DNA of 64,000 nt from the IMG/VR virus record IMGVR_UViG_3300032291_003205, positions 1 through 64,000 of that record, one strand, 5' to 3'. The notes beneath the pieces were generated by a model, which was given only the letters and a program-made list of their open reading frames with translations, made no database searches and was not told the DNA's origin. Source of the stretch: a virus. Shown piece by piece: positions 20,592 through 30,113 of the stretch. Every line of letters begins with the position of its first letter. Position 1 is the stretch's first letter. A program made the translations under genes and the position numbers.

Positions 20592-21367
20592 AAATTTTAA
20601 TTACAGGTACAAACGGTTATATAGGTAAATCCTTATATAATGCTTTAAAAGATGAGCATAATGTAACGGGTCTAACCAGAAATGATTTTGATTTAACCGA
20701 TTCATCTGAGACTTTTAATTTTTTTATAGACAAATACTTTGATGTTGTTATTCATTGTGCTGTAGTAGGTGGTAGTAGACTTAAAATGGATGATAATGAT
20801 GTTTTAGATAATAATCTAAAAATGTATTATAATCTTTTAAACAATAAATACCATTTTAATAAACTAATCCATTTAGGATCAGGAGCAGAAATACACCAAC
20901 AAAATACTTTGTATGGATTAAGTAAACACGTTATAAGAACTTCATTACTAAATCAAGATAATTGTTATAATTTAAGAATATTTGCTGTATTTGATGAGAA
21001 TGAATTAGAAACTAGATTTATAAAAACAAACATTAAAAAATATTTAAATAAACAACCTATAGAAATTTTTCATAATAAAAAGATGGATTTCTTTTATATG
21101 GAAGACTTGGTTATGTTAATAAAGTTTTGTATATTTAACGATAATTTACCTAAAGAAATAAATTGTAATTATAATTATACTCCTTACATGTTGGATATAG
21201 CTGATATAATTAATGGTTTAGATTCTTATAAAATAGATATTAAAAATATTTCTCAAAAAACATTTGTTGAAAACTATTGTGGAGATTTTACAAATCTAAA
21301 TATAAATTTTATTGGGTTAGAACAAGGTATAAAAAACGTTTATAATAAATTAAAAAATGAACATTAA
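20588..21367 (+). CDS. NAD-dependent sugar epimerase/dehydratase/reductase
   Basis: ITGTNGYIG and YGLSK. Confidence 0.9.
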   Translation: MKILITGTNGYIGKSLYNALKDEHNVTGLTRNDFDLTDSSETFNFFIDKYFDVVIHCAVVGGSRLKMDDNDVLDNNLKMYYNLLNNKYHFNKLIHLGSGAEIHQQNTLYGLSKHVIRTSLLNQDNCYNLRIFAVFDENELETRFIKTNIKKYLNKQPIEIFHNKKMDFFYMEDLVMLIKFCIFNDNLPKEINCNYNYTPYMLDIADIINGLDSYKIDIKNISQKTFVENYCGDFTNLNINFIGLEQGIKNVYNKLKNEH

Positions 21368-22310
21368 AATTACAAGCCATATTATGCCTTGGGACATTGA
21401 TTATGCCTTATTAATGTTTACCCAATTAAAAAAATCCAAATACCATCTTCCAGATGATGTAACTGTAACTTTAGATGTTGAACTAAACCTTACAAGTTAT
21501 TTATATAATTGGGAAGAAAGCAAATTGCCTAAAGATTATTTCATTGATAAATTTAATAATTTGCTTTTATTATTAAAAGATTATAAAGTAGATAGTAAAA
21601 TATATGAGGGAAATGAGTTATATGGACATTTAAATCAACAACGAAATGCAATATCTCCTGAAGTAGATTTTTACATGAACATATGTCCTGATATTTACTT
21701 TAGTGAATTTGCTTTAACATATTTGATAGAATCAGCTAAACAAGTTAATAATAAGTATTTTGTTATTACCCCTCAAATTTCCAAAGTTGGAGATTCTAGT
21801 TGGGACGAAATAACAAATTCAGAGCTTGTAAACATCCCATACTCAGATTATCTTAAAGTTGATATTTTTGATGTAAGACATATTAACAAATATTCTAATC
21901 AAGAAAAACAATTATATTCAACTAAAAATAGTAAATGGGCTGGGTGGTTTGATCTTTATAATAAAGCATTTTATGAAGAACTATGTCCCTATTTAGAGGA
22001 ATGGAATGGATATGGTCCTTGGGATCATTATTCTATTATAATATCTGATGTAGCTAAATCTGCCGGGGTTGATTTTCAACAATATGTTGTTCAAGGAGAA
22101 ATAATTTGGATGTATCCCTCTGGACCATTATTAAAAGATGGAGCTGATGGATTTACTAAATACTACAGAGATAGATTAAAAACAAATGATATTCCAAGTC
22201 AAAGAGCTGAATTTGAAGCCAAGATGCCAGAATATATAAATAAAAGTATATCAATTCTAAAACAAAAAAATATATTACCGGAACAATTAAATGTAAGTTT
22301 TAAACAATAA
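21357..22310 (+). CDS. Hypothetical protein, possibly a GT-A glycosyltransferase
   Basis: Within the glycan island; CPD and GYGPWD motifs. Confidence 0.5.
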   Translation: MNIKITSHIMPWDIDYALLMFTQLKKSKYHLPDDVTVTLDVELNLTSYLYNWEESKLPKDYFIDKFNNLLLLLKDYKVDSKIYEGNELYGHLNQQRNAISPEVDFYMNICPDIYFSEFALTYLIESAKQVNNKYFVITPQISKVGDSSWDEITNSELVNIPYSDYLKVDIFDVRHINKYSNQEKQLYSTKNSKWAGWFDLYNKAFYEELCPYLEEWNGYGPWDHYSIIISDVAKSAGVDFQQYVVQGEIIWMYPSGPLLKDGADGFTKYYRDRLKTNDIPSQRAEFEAKMPEYINKSISILKQKNILPEQLNVSFKQ

Positions 22311-22313
22311 AAT

Positions 22314-22883
22314 ATGGCACATAGAGAACAAATAGAGTACGTAAACAGGGTTAAAGATAAATTCCCTACGTTTTTTCAAAACCAAAAAGTTTTAGGTATA
22401 GGTACCTTTAATGTTTGTGGTACTGAAGATGAATTTTTTAATGATTGTGATTATCAAGGATTAGATCTAGGACCAGGACCTGGAGTGGATATTGTATGTC
22501 CTGCTCAAGATTATGATGCACCTGATAATTCATATGATGTTATTATTTCATGTGAGTGTTTTGAACACAATCCATTCTATAAAGAAACAATCCAAAACGC
22601 TTATAGAATATTAAAACCAGGAGGCATGTTTTTATTTACATGTGCTACAACAGGTAGACCAGTTCATGGAACAGCTTCGTTAGAGGAAGAAAGTAAAATG
22701 AAATGGGAAAATTGGAAAACAATGCCTAATGTTGTAAAAGAAAATTGGGATAATGATTACTATAAAAACCTAACAGAAGAAGACATCAGAGAATGTATTG
22801 ATATTGATGCCTCATTTAGTGAATATAAGTTTGAAGTAGAAACAAACCATTGCGATTTGTTTTTCTGGGGATTTAAAAAGTAA
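22314..22883 (+). CDS. Class I SAM-dependent methyltransferase
   Basis: GLDLGPGPGVD, YDVIISCECFEH, LKPGG. Confidence 0.88.
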   Translation: MAHREQIEYVNRVKDKFPTFFQNQKVLGIGTFNVCGTEDEFFNDCDYQGLDLGPGPGVDIVCPAQDYDAPDNSYDVIISCECFEHNPFYKETIQNAYRILKPGGMFLFTCATTGRPVHGTASLEEESKMKWENWKTMPNVVKENWDNDYYKNLTEEDIRECIDIDASFSEYKFEVETNHCDLFFWGFKK

Positions 22884-22886
22884 TAT

Positions 22887-23870
22887 ATGAGAGTTTCATT
22901 CGTTATTCCTGTTGTAAATAATTTTAAATACACAAAGTATGTGTATGATAATTTAAGGAAATACTATCCAAACGATGAAATTGTTATTTCTGATGGAGGA
23001 AGTACTGATGAAACTATAGATTATTTTAGTAATATTGAAGACAATAATTTAATATTATTAAATAATGGGTCTTGTAATTTAGCTAAAAACTATAATATTG
23101 CTGTTGAAAATTCTACTAGTGAGGTTATCATATTATTACATAATGATATGTTTATTCCTCCTAACTTTAAAGATAAAATACTAAAAGATTTAACCCCAAA
23201 CAACATTGTAACATATACTAGAATTGAACCCCCTATCTTTCCAGGTGAATCATCAGGTAAATTAGTAAGAAATTTTGGTAACGATATTAATGAATTAAAA
23301 CAAGAAGAATTTATTAAGTTTGCTGAAAATTATAATATAAAAACTGATGGTGGGGGTCAATTGTTTTTTGCTTGTTACAAAAATAATTACCTAAAATTAG
23401 ATGAAGTAACTTATCACCCACCTCAAATGTGGTGTTCGGATGATGATATTCACTTACGTTTTATTTTAAAAGGATTAGATAAAGTTGTAAGTAGTGCTTG
23501 TGTTTATCATTTTGTAAGTAAAACTTCCAGAACAGGTGAATATAAGGAAGGTGAAATAATATCTAATAAAAACTTCCTTCGCAAGTGGGGATTTAGAAAA
23601 TCTAACTACAATGTAGTTTATAATAAAAAATTTATTTCTAATGTAGTATTAGATGATGAAACTAGAGAAGTTTTAGGATGTTTTTTTAACGGTGGGGAGG
23701 ATATTATTGTAGAACTAAATAATAATTTCAATGATGATGATTATAGTTATATTCAACAATTAAATGACATTGTAAAACAAACAAACGATACAGGAACATT
23801 TGAGTTAGGAAATCTAACCATTACCGTCAACTCATTAGAAGAACAACAAAATAAATATATTATACTATGA
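22887..23870 (+). CDS. GT2 glycosyltransferase
   Basis: SFVIPV, ISDGGSTD, LHNDM, VYHFVS. Confidence 0.88.
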   Translation: MRVSFVIPVVNNFKYTKYVYDNLRKYYPNDEIVISDGGSTDETIDYFSNIEDNNLILLNNGSCNLAKNYNIAVENSTSEVIILLHNDMFIPPNFKDKILKDLTPNNIVTYTRIEPPIFPGESSGKLVRNFGNDINELKQEEFIKFAENYNIKTDGGGQLFFACYKNNYLKLDEVTYHPPQMWCSDDDIHLRFILKGLDKVVSSACVYHFVSKTSRTGEYKEGEIISNKNFLRKWGFRKSNYNVVYNKKFISNVVLDDETREVLGCFFNGGEDIIVELNNNFNDDDYSYIQQLNDIVKQTNDTGTFELGNLTITVNSLEEQQNKYIIL

Positions 23871-24025
23871 TATTCAAATTTTATAGCAGAAACGATAAAA
23901 ATCAAGAAACAATTGGTCGTATAATCACCTCCTCAAGGTTACAAGCAGCTAAATTGTTTGCCGAACGTAAACAATTACCACTAAAAGAATTCTTGAAAAT
24001 ATTTGGTGTAACAACTATCCTATGA
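23867..24025 (+). CDS. Small hypothetical protein (52 aa)
   Basis: MIFKFYSRND...; ATGA overlaps at both ends. Confidence 0.65.
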   Translation: MIFKFYSRNDKNQETIGRIITSSRLQAAKLFAERKQLPLKEFLKIFGVTTIL

Positions 24026-24399
24026 AAAATTTTGGTAAAAATCTAAAAGTTCAACCTAAAAAACGAGAGTTAAACGAAAAAGATACGTTTATTGACCTTA
24101 TCGATATTTTTGATAATTGCAATATGCGTACCGAGGAATTAGAGGGTAATTTTATGTTTAATATTTCATCTTATGATGAGCCATTTTATATAATGATAGA
24201 AAATTTATTTTTATTACATTATGGTGAGTGGAAAACAGATATTATATTGTGGTGGATTTATGATAGGTTTAATGAGGAAGGCAATATATCACCTATTGAA
24301 TTTAATGACCACGATACAAACTCTCAAGAAGAAGTATTAGTAGAAACACCAGAACAACTCTGGAACTTTTTAAAACGAATTGATAAATTAAAAAAATAA
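24022..24399 (+). CDS. Hypothetical protein
   Basis: ORF track. Confidence 0.7.
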   Translation: MKNFGKNLKVQPKKRELNEKDTFIDLIDIFDNCNMRTEELEGNFMFNISSYDEPFYIMIENLFLLHYGEWKTDIILWWIYDRFNEEGNISPIEFNDHDTNSQEEVLVETPEQLWNFLKRIDKLKK

Positions 24400-24402
24400 A
24401 AT

Positions 24403-24708
24403 ATGGTTATAAGACATTGTACCGGGTGTGGAGAGCAAATTCACCCCAAACGTTTAGAAATTATGCCTACAACAACTCGTTGTGTAGCATGTTCAACAGT
24501 ACAGAAAAAAGGAGCAGTAACAATTATGAAGGGTGAAGGTGATCATACTTGGGTAGAAACAATTCATTTAGAACATGATGAGTTTAAAAAGTATATGGAG
24601 GCAGAAAATAAGCTACGTAAAAACGGAGCAGCCTTATTAGACACCCCAGAAACACCTACAGAGGTTCCCTTTGGATTCAGTGAAACTAAATTAGAAAAAA
24701 ATGCCTAA
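24403..24708 (+). CDS. TraR/DksA-type C4 zinc-finger protein
   Basis: CTGCGEQIHPKRLEIMPTTTRCVAC. Confidence 0.8.
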   Translation: MVIRHCTGCGEQIHPKRLEIMPTTTRCVACSTVQKKGAVTIMKGEGDHTWVETIHLEHDEFKKYMEAENKLRKNGAALLDTPETPTEVPFGFSETKLEKNA

Positions 24709-25345
24709 GGCTCGTCCTTTAAGCCATGAGATGATAAGAGCAGCTGTTGCTAAAACTAAAAGTAATAAGGCAGCAGCAAGATACCTCAATTGTAGCTATA
24801 TTCACTATAAAAAGTGGGCTAAAACATATGATGCTACAGAACCTGGTTATGCTAATATATTTGAACAACACAAAAATCAATCAGGTAAAGGTATACCTAA
24901 GTTTTTAAGCAATGGTAGCCCTAGAAAGGATTTTGCCTTATTAGATTTAATAGAAGGTAGAATCGATCCATCATCCTTTAATCCAGCTAAAATTAAGTAC
25001 CGCTTAATTCAAGAGGGTTATATACAAGAGGAATGTACTACCTGTGGGTTCCATGAACGTAGGGTATTAGATTATAAAATGCCCTTAATCATGCACTTTA
25101 AAGATGGTAATAAACAACATTACCGGCTTGAAAATATACAATTACTATGTTACAATTGTTATTATCTTCAGATTGGGGATTTATTTACAGGTAAACAACT
25201 TGAGGGGATGGAAGATCATGTATCTAAAAATGAATCTAAAGTGGATTGGGAAGTAGATTCTTATACTGAACAACGACTTAAAGAATTAGGATTATATGAT
25301 TCTAAACCAGTTGATGATGGTAGTGAATATATTTCTCGTTTTTAA
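24701..25345 (+). CDS. Protein with N-terminal HTH-like region and degenerate HNH zinc-finger domain
   Basis: AAARYLNCSY; CTTC...HFKDGN...LENIQLLCYNC. Confidence 0.7.
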   Translation: MPKARPLSHEMIRAAVAKTKSNKAAARYLNCSYIHYKKWAKTYDATEPGYANIFEQHKNQSGKGIPKFLSNGSPRKDFALLDLIEGRIDPSSFNPAKIKYRLIQEGYIQEECTTCGFHERRVLDYKMPLIMHFKDGNKQHYRLENIQLLCYNCYYLQIGDLFTGKQLEGMEDHVSKNESKVDWEVDSYTEQRLKELGLYDSKPVDDGSEYISRF

Positions 25346-25356
25346 TATTTATTAAT

Positions 25357-25542
25357 ATGGTTAAAAAAATACCATTACTGAAAAAGGGTAAGCATAAAAA
25401 ACACGATGCTATTGTAAACGATTTTGAAGCACAAAAAAATAAACATCTTGAAAAACTTGCTACAAAGAGCTTGTCTGAGCAAGAGAAATTTAGTAAATTA
25501 AAGGAAAAGAACATTAAAACAGATTTTTTTAAATTATTTTAA
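25357..25542 (+). CDS. Small basic hypothetical protein
   Basis: ORF track. Confidence 0.6.
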   Translation: MVKKIPLLKKGKHKKHDAIVNDFEAQKNKHLEKLATKSLSEQEKFSKLKEKNIKTDFFKLF

Positions 25543-25544
25543 CC

Positions 25545-25877
25545 ATGGTAGCAGAAATCACATTAAACAACTCAGACGAATTCCAAGAATTGGTAGACCA
25601 AAAAGATTTTAGAATATCTAAAGCAATTGTAGAGGGTATTTTAGATAACATTAACTCAAAGAAAAAACACGTACATGTTTTATCCGTTACTTGTCTTGAA
25701 GACGATCAGATATATGATATTACAGTCGAACGTAGGCACTTTGCTGAAACCTTAGAGGAAAATTTACCTTACTACATTAGAGAGGAACAATATGAGGATT
25801 GTCGACGTATTGTAAGCACAATTAATGAGTTAAAAAATCCTATAGTTAAACAAAGAGGTAGACCAAAGAAATCTTAA
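25545..25877 (+). CDS. Hypothetical protein with C-terminal RGRP (AT-hook-like) tail
   Basis: EEQYEDC and KQRGRPKK. Confidence 0.65.
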   Translation: MVAEITLNNSDEFQELVDQKDFRISKAIVEGILDNINSKKKHVHVLSVTCLEDDQIYDITVERRHFAETLEENLPYYIREEQYEDCRRIVSTINELKNPIVKQRGRPKKS

Positions 25878-25883
25878 TTTAAC

Positions 25884-25915
25884 TTGGCAAGTCAAAATCT
25901 TGTCATTATATTCCA
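25884..25915 (+). promoter_or_regulatory. TTGG-N19-TATATT promoter copy
   Basis: TTGG 25884-87, TATATT 25907-12. Confidence 0.7.
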
Positions 25916-25931
25916 CTCAAAAATAAATGTT

Positions 25932-26234
25932 ATGAAAAATTTAATCACAGAAGAGTTCAAAGAAAAATTCAAAGCAGCATTTGCTCGCTTTATGAACATT
26001 ACTATTGTAGCATCAACTTTGATTGCTGGTTTTGGTTTGGGTTACTATTTCCAAGAATTAAAAATGAAACCTAAAGCTGTTAACGAAACTATCCTAAATA
26101 AAGAAGTTAGGATTGCTGTTGATAGTGAAAGTAAGCTTATTGTTATGGATAGAAAAACAGGTCAGTATGTTATTTACAGTGACTCAGTTGGTAAAGCTAT
26201 CTTTAACATGTATGCTACTAAAATCGTTCAATAA
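25932..26234 (+). CDS. Single-TM membrane protein upstream of the lytic transglycosylase
   Basis: ITIVASTLIAGFGLGYYF; ATG 25932 follows the promoter. Confidence 0.7.
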   Translation: MKNLITEEFKEKFKAAFARFMNITIVASTLIAGFGLGYYFQELKMKPKAVNETILNKEVRIAVDSESKLIVMDRKTGQYVIYSDSVGKAIFNMYATKIVQ

Positions 26235-26785
26235 TGAATATGTTCGCTAAATTAAAACATTGGTATTTGATTATCATCCTAGGTGTTATGGTGCTTATGT
26301 ATCTTAACCTTAATAGAAGGATTGATGATTTTGAAGACAAATTAGATTTAGCAGCTGGAACCACATCACTCCAGATGTATGAGTCAATTGAACACTGGAG
26401 TGATAGTTTCGGTATTCCAAAACACATTGCTTACAATGTTGCTTACTTGGAAACACGTTATCAAGGTCCGTTTGATTTTGATTATAACCATAAACAAACG
26501 TCATCTGCAGGAGCAACAGGTGCAATGCAAATCATACCTAAATATGCTCATAAGTTTGCTGGGAGGAAAGTTTCACCTAAAGAATTAAAAACAAATTTTA
26601 ATCTAAATATAAAAATTAGTATGCAAATGCTAAGAGCATGGTATAATATATATCACGATTGGACTTTAGCAGCAGGAGCCTATAACTCAGGTCAACCTAT
26701 TAGAAACGAATATGCTCTTTACGTTTCATCTAATAAAGATTATAAAAATAAATGGGTAAAATGTAACGTATATTTAGAAGATTAA
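26234..26785 (+). CDS. SLT-domain lytic transglycosylase with N-terminal TM anchor
   Basis: AYLETR catalytic Glu, SSAGATGAMQI, AYNSG. Confidence 0.88.
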   Translation: MNMFAKLKHWYLIIILGVMVLMYLNLNRRIDDFEDKLDLAAGTTSLQMYESIEHWSDSFGIPKHIAYNVAYLETRYQGPFDFDYNHKQTSSAGATGAMQIIPKYAHKFAGRKVSPKELKTNFNLNIKISMQMLRAWYNIYHDWTLAAGAYNSGQPIRNEYALYVSSNKDYKNKWVKCNVYLED

Positions 26786-26790
26786 TAAAT

Positions 26791-26815
26791 AAGGGGTGTA
26801 TAAAAACACCCCCTT
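26791..26815 (+). terminator. Hairpin (terminator-like)
   Basis: AAGGGGTG-tataaaaa-CACCCC(C)TT. Confidence 0.55.
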
Positions 26816-26850
26816 GCATATTTATTATCGACCAAAACAATAAAAATGCG

Positions 26851-27420
26851 ATGATAAATATTACGTACATCTATCTAGTTGAAAACTGTTTCAACAATCT
26901 TAATAAAATTTATATTGGTAAAACTATAGATTTATCAAACAGAAAAAGTAAACATAAAAAAGTATATGGTAAAGAAATTAAGTTTACTATAATAGATGAA
27001 GTTAATTCCTTAGATAGAAAAGATTGGAGACCTATTGAAACAATGTGGATACAAAGTTTTATAGGTTGGGGTTTTGATGTTTTAAATACTCAAAAAGATG
27101 GAGGTAGCGGTCCATCCTTTAAAACCGAAGAACAGAAAAAACATTTAAGTAAAAAATTAAAAGAAAGAAAATATTTAGATAATTGGACATTAAAAAATAA
27201 AGAAAACCAACGTAAAGGTCCAAAACATTCTAAAGAACAAATTAAAAAATGGAGTAAACCAGTCCTTCAGTTTGATAAATATGGAAATTTTATTAAAGAA
27301 TTCCCATCAATATTATCAGCTGCTTCTTCTTTAAATAAAAGTAGACCCTTTATTTGGAATTGTTTAAAAGGAATAGTTAAAACTGCTGGTGGTTACATTT
27401 GGAAATACAAAAATAATTAA
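26851..27420 (+). CDS. GIY-YIG homing endonuclease with NUMOD1-like domain
   Basis: YIYLV...IYIGKT and KPVLQFDKYGNFIKEF...AGGYIWKY. Confidence 0.88.
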   Translation: MINITYIYLVENCFNNLNKIYIGKTIDLSNRKSKHKKVYGKEIKFTIIDEVNSLDRKDWRPIETMWIQSFIGWGFDVLNTQKDGGSGPSFKTEEQKKHLSKKLKERKYLDNWTLKNKENQRKGPKHSKEQIKKWSKPVLQFDKYGNFIKEFPSILSAASSLNKSRPFIWNCLKGIVKTAGGYIWKYKNN

Positions 27421-27452
27421 TTATATTAAAATGTCATGTATGTATTGGCATC

Positions 27453-27608
27453 ATGGCAGCAGCAAAATCTAAAAAAACAACAGTAAGTGCATCTTCACTT
27501 TACAAAGAAAAACCTAAGAGATCAAGAAAAGGTATCGTAGCAAAAACAAAAACAAGTAAAACAAAAACAAGTAAAAATTATAAAAAATTATCAGTAGGAC
27601 AAGGTTAA
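27453..27608 (+). CDS. Small Lys-rich protein (51 aa) ending in GQG
   Basis: MAAAKSKK...KNYKKLSVGQG, read manually. Confidence 0.7.
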   Translation: MAAAKSKKTTVSASSLYKEKPKRSRKGIVAKTKTSKTKTSKNYKKLSVGQG

Positions 27609-27615
27609 AACATTT

Positions 27616-27738
27616 ATGAGCAAAACAAGTAATTTACAAAGATTATCGGTTCTGAAAATTTGGTTAGAAGAACAAAAACGCAAAGGCAAGATTAAAAAAC
27701 AACCAGCTTGGTTAAAGGAAATCTTAAACGAAGATTAA
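27616..27738 (+). CDS. Small hypothetical protein (40 aa)
   Basis: Manual translation; fills the gap between genes. Confidence 0.55.
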   Translation: MSKTSNLQRLSVLKIWLEEQKRKGKIKKQPAWLKEILNED

Positions 27739-27741
27739 TAA

Positions 27742-27924
27742 ATGAAACTAGATGGAGGTGCTTTGGAATTCTTTCAAAGTTTACCTGATGATTTAATGGT
27801 TCAAATTGCTATTAATGATTGGGATGCTTTAGAAAGATTATGTGTAGCACTTTCCCTAGATATTCAACTTATTATTGAAGACGCTGAACGATTAAAGAAG
27901 AAAAAAACCAAAAAGAAAAACTAA
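27742..27924 (+). CDS. Hypothetical protein
   Basis: ORF track. Confidence 0.65.
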   Translation: MKLDGGALEFFQSLPDDLMVQIAINDWDALERLCVALSLDIQLIIEDAERLKKKKTKKKN

Positions 27925-28874
27925 TGAGTAAGTTTCAACTAGTAAATTACAATTTTGATGATCAAAGAATAGATTTTAGAATCAATCATCCTGTTAAAGA
28001 CGGTTATATTATAACTAAGGATATAGATTTAGATACTACTATCTATAAAATGAAAATATGGAATGTAACTCCAGGTTTATTTGCTTTCTTTATCCCTACA
28101 CCAAGACATGGTTTTGATTTTCAAAGAGAGGATTTTGGTGGATTTACTTTTGAACTTATTGATGAGGGTGTTGTCTTAGAAAGACAAATCCTTCGCTTTA
28201 GGTACACTAACATGTATCAACACAAACAAAACATAAACGACTTTTACCATCCCGTATTTGTTAATTATAGGGAGTTTTTTGTTTATGATAGGTATAAAGA
28301 ATTCAATTTGGAAGGATGTGAAAATGTTATTGATGCTGGAGCTAGTGTAGGTTTGTTTACACAATATATGTTAAATAAAGGAGCTAAACAAGTAGCATCT
28401 GTTGAGTGTGATGATAGAAGTATAGTAGCTTTATTTAGTAACTTTGTTAGTAATCTAAAAGTTAAAATCATTGGAATGGCTTTATCAGATATTAATGGTG
28501 AAAAAGAATTATACTGGAAAGAAGATAATCCATTAGTAAATAGTTTAGATATTGATGGTAGTGAGTTTAGTACTCATGTTAATCCTAATTCTAAAACAGT
28601 TAAAACTACAACTTTAGAAACATTAATCAATAATTTAAATTGGGATAAAACCGATTTATTAAAAATAGATATTGAGGGAAGTGAATGGGACGTTATTAAT
28701 ACTACTCCAGATGATACTTTTCAATCTATAGATAAAATATTATTAGAATATCATTGGCCAAAAGATAGATTACAATCTGTTATTTCTAGATTCCAATCAC
28801 TAGGGTTTAAACATATGTTTGAATCTGGATGTGATGGAAGTGAGGAAAACGGCACTGTATTCTTTTCAAAGTAA
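27924..28874 (+). CDS. FkbM-family methyltransferase with an extra N-terminal domain
   Basis: VIDAGASVG, LLKIDIEGSE, LEYH. Confidence 0.88.
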   Translation: MSKFQLVNYNFDDQRIDFRINHPVKDGYIITKDIDLDTTIYKMKIWNVTPGLFAFFIPTPRHGFDFQREDFGGFTFELIDEGVVLERQILRFRYTNMYQHKQNINDFYHPVFVNYREFFVYDRYKEFNLEGCENVIDAGASVGLFTQYMLNKGAKQVASVECDDRSIVALFSNFVSNLKVKIIGMALSDINGEKELYWKEDNPLVNSLDIDGSEFSTHVNPNSKTVKTTTLETLINNLNWDKTDLLKIDIEGSEWDVINTTPDDTFQSIDKILLEYHWPKDRLQSVISRFQSLGFKHMFESGCDGSEENGTVFFSK

Positions 28875-28875
28875 T

Positions 28876-28925
28876 TTGGATTTCTGAATTCCTGTTCGTA
28901 TATTCATGTCATAATAAAGGTTATG
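28876..28925 (+). promoter_or_regulatory. TTGG-N19-TATATT promoter plus AATAAAGGTT leader
   Basis: tttggatttctgaattcctgttcgtatattcatgtcataataaaggttATG. Confidence 0.82.
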
Positions 28926-29393
28926 GCATTACATAAAATAATTGAAAAACATCAAGTAAATATCTTAGGTCAAGAAATTACCTACACTAATAGGTTTTTT
29001 AAGTATTCTAAAAGTACATCTTATGGTTTTAAACCATCTAAAAGTTTAGTTAGTAGTGGTGTTTATGTGTTTAAATACACTTATGAACACCACTCATTAC
29101 CCCCAACATTATTTGTTTCACCTATTTCAGGTAAGAAATTTATTGTTCCTACTTGGCAAGAGGTTCATCCACAAACTACATTATCAGATATTGAGTGGAT
29201 TAGACCAGTTAAAGTAGAAGTACCTGTAGAAAAAGGAACTTGGATGTTTGAATCCTCAAGTGAAAAAGGTATATTTTACAAAGTTACTAAACAAGGTGAT
29301 AAATTAACTTGCAACTGCTCAGGCTTTTATCGTTGTAAAGATAGAAACAAAGGTTGTAAACATGTTCAAGAAGTTCGTAAACAATTAAATTAA
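28923..29393 (+). CDS. SWIM zinc-finger protein
   Basis: YKVT...CNC...CKH. Confidence 0.8.
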   Translation: MALHKIIEKHQVNILGQEITYTNRFFKYSKSTSYGFKPSKSLVSSGVYVFKYTYEHHSLPPTLFVSPISGKKFIVPTWQEVHPQTTLSDIEWIRPVKVEVPVEKGTWMFESSSEKGIFYKVTKQGDKLTCNCSGFYRCKDRNKGCKHVQEVRKQLN

Positions 29394-29611
29394 TGATAAC
29401 AAGTAAACGTCCTAAAAAAACTAAAATCGAAATCGATTTGTTGGGTCCTGAAGGTAATGCTTTTGCTTTACTAGGTATTGCTAAGGATTTATGTCACAAA
29501 ACAGGTATTGAATGGGAACCTGTTAAAAATGAAATGACAAGTAGTGATTATGAAAATCTAATTAATGTTTTAGATAGACATTTTGGTGATGTGATAGTCA
29601 TGTATCGGTAA
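29393..29611 (+). CDS. Conserved small phage protein
   Basis: IDLLGPEGNAFALLG...SSDYENL. Confidence 0.75.
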   Translation: MITSKRPKKTKIEIDLLGPEGNAFALLGIAKDLCHKTGIEWEPVKNEMTSSDYENLINVLDRHFGDVIVMYR

Positions 29612-29612
29612 T

Positions 29613-29665
29613 TTGGCTTTTTGAATGATTGTTCGTATATTCACGGTATGGAAATAAAGGTTATG
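29613..29665 (+). promoter_or_regulatory. TTGG-N19-TATATT promoter plus leader
   Basis: tttggctttttgaatgattgttcgtatattcacggtATGgaaataaaggttATG. Confidence 0.85.
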
Positions 29666-30094
29666 GAAAAAACAGAACGTAGAGGTAGGCCTGCTGAAGC
29701 ACCTGCTGTAGTATTAGATAAGTTTGAAAGAACGTTTTATGAGTTTGCTAATGAGCAATATCAAAAAGATGGTCGTAAAACTACTTTTTATTATGATATG
29801 AATAAAACCGCTAATGGTCCTTATAAAACTGAAGTAGCTTATCCTAAAGGTTATAAACACGACAAGGTTAAAGCAGAAAAAGGTAAAGCATATAATAACC
29901 AACCAGTGGTAATGGTGTTCAAATCATCTGAACGTTCAAATGCTAAATTCAAAATTAAAGTATGGAATAATGAAAATATTGACTACATTATTACAGCTCC
30001 TACATTACCAGGTGTTCCTGATAGCGCTATTATTTTAGAGGTAGGCGTAGGAGAAAGTTTTATTGATTCTTTTAAATCTAAATACAATTTGTAA
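29648..30094 (+). CDS. Hypothetical protein (start 29648 or 29663)
   Basis: ORF track; RRGRP motif. Confidence 0.7.
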   Translation: MEIKVMEKTERRGRPAEAPAVVLDKFERTFYEFANEQYQKDGRKTTFYYDMNKTANGPYKTEVAYPKGYKHDKVKAEKGKAYNNQPVVMVFKSSERSNAKFKIKVWNNENIDYIITAPTLPGVPDSAIILEVGVGESFIDSFKSKYNL

Positions 30095-30113
30095 TATTTA
30101 TAACATATAAATT

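Noticed and set aside
26757-27446. Degenerate direct repeat (TAAAATGT.A.GTAT) flanking the 26851 GIY-YIG gene
   Set aside because: Only about 15 of 20 positions match in very AT-rich DNA; too weak to call a target duplication.
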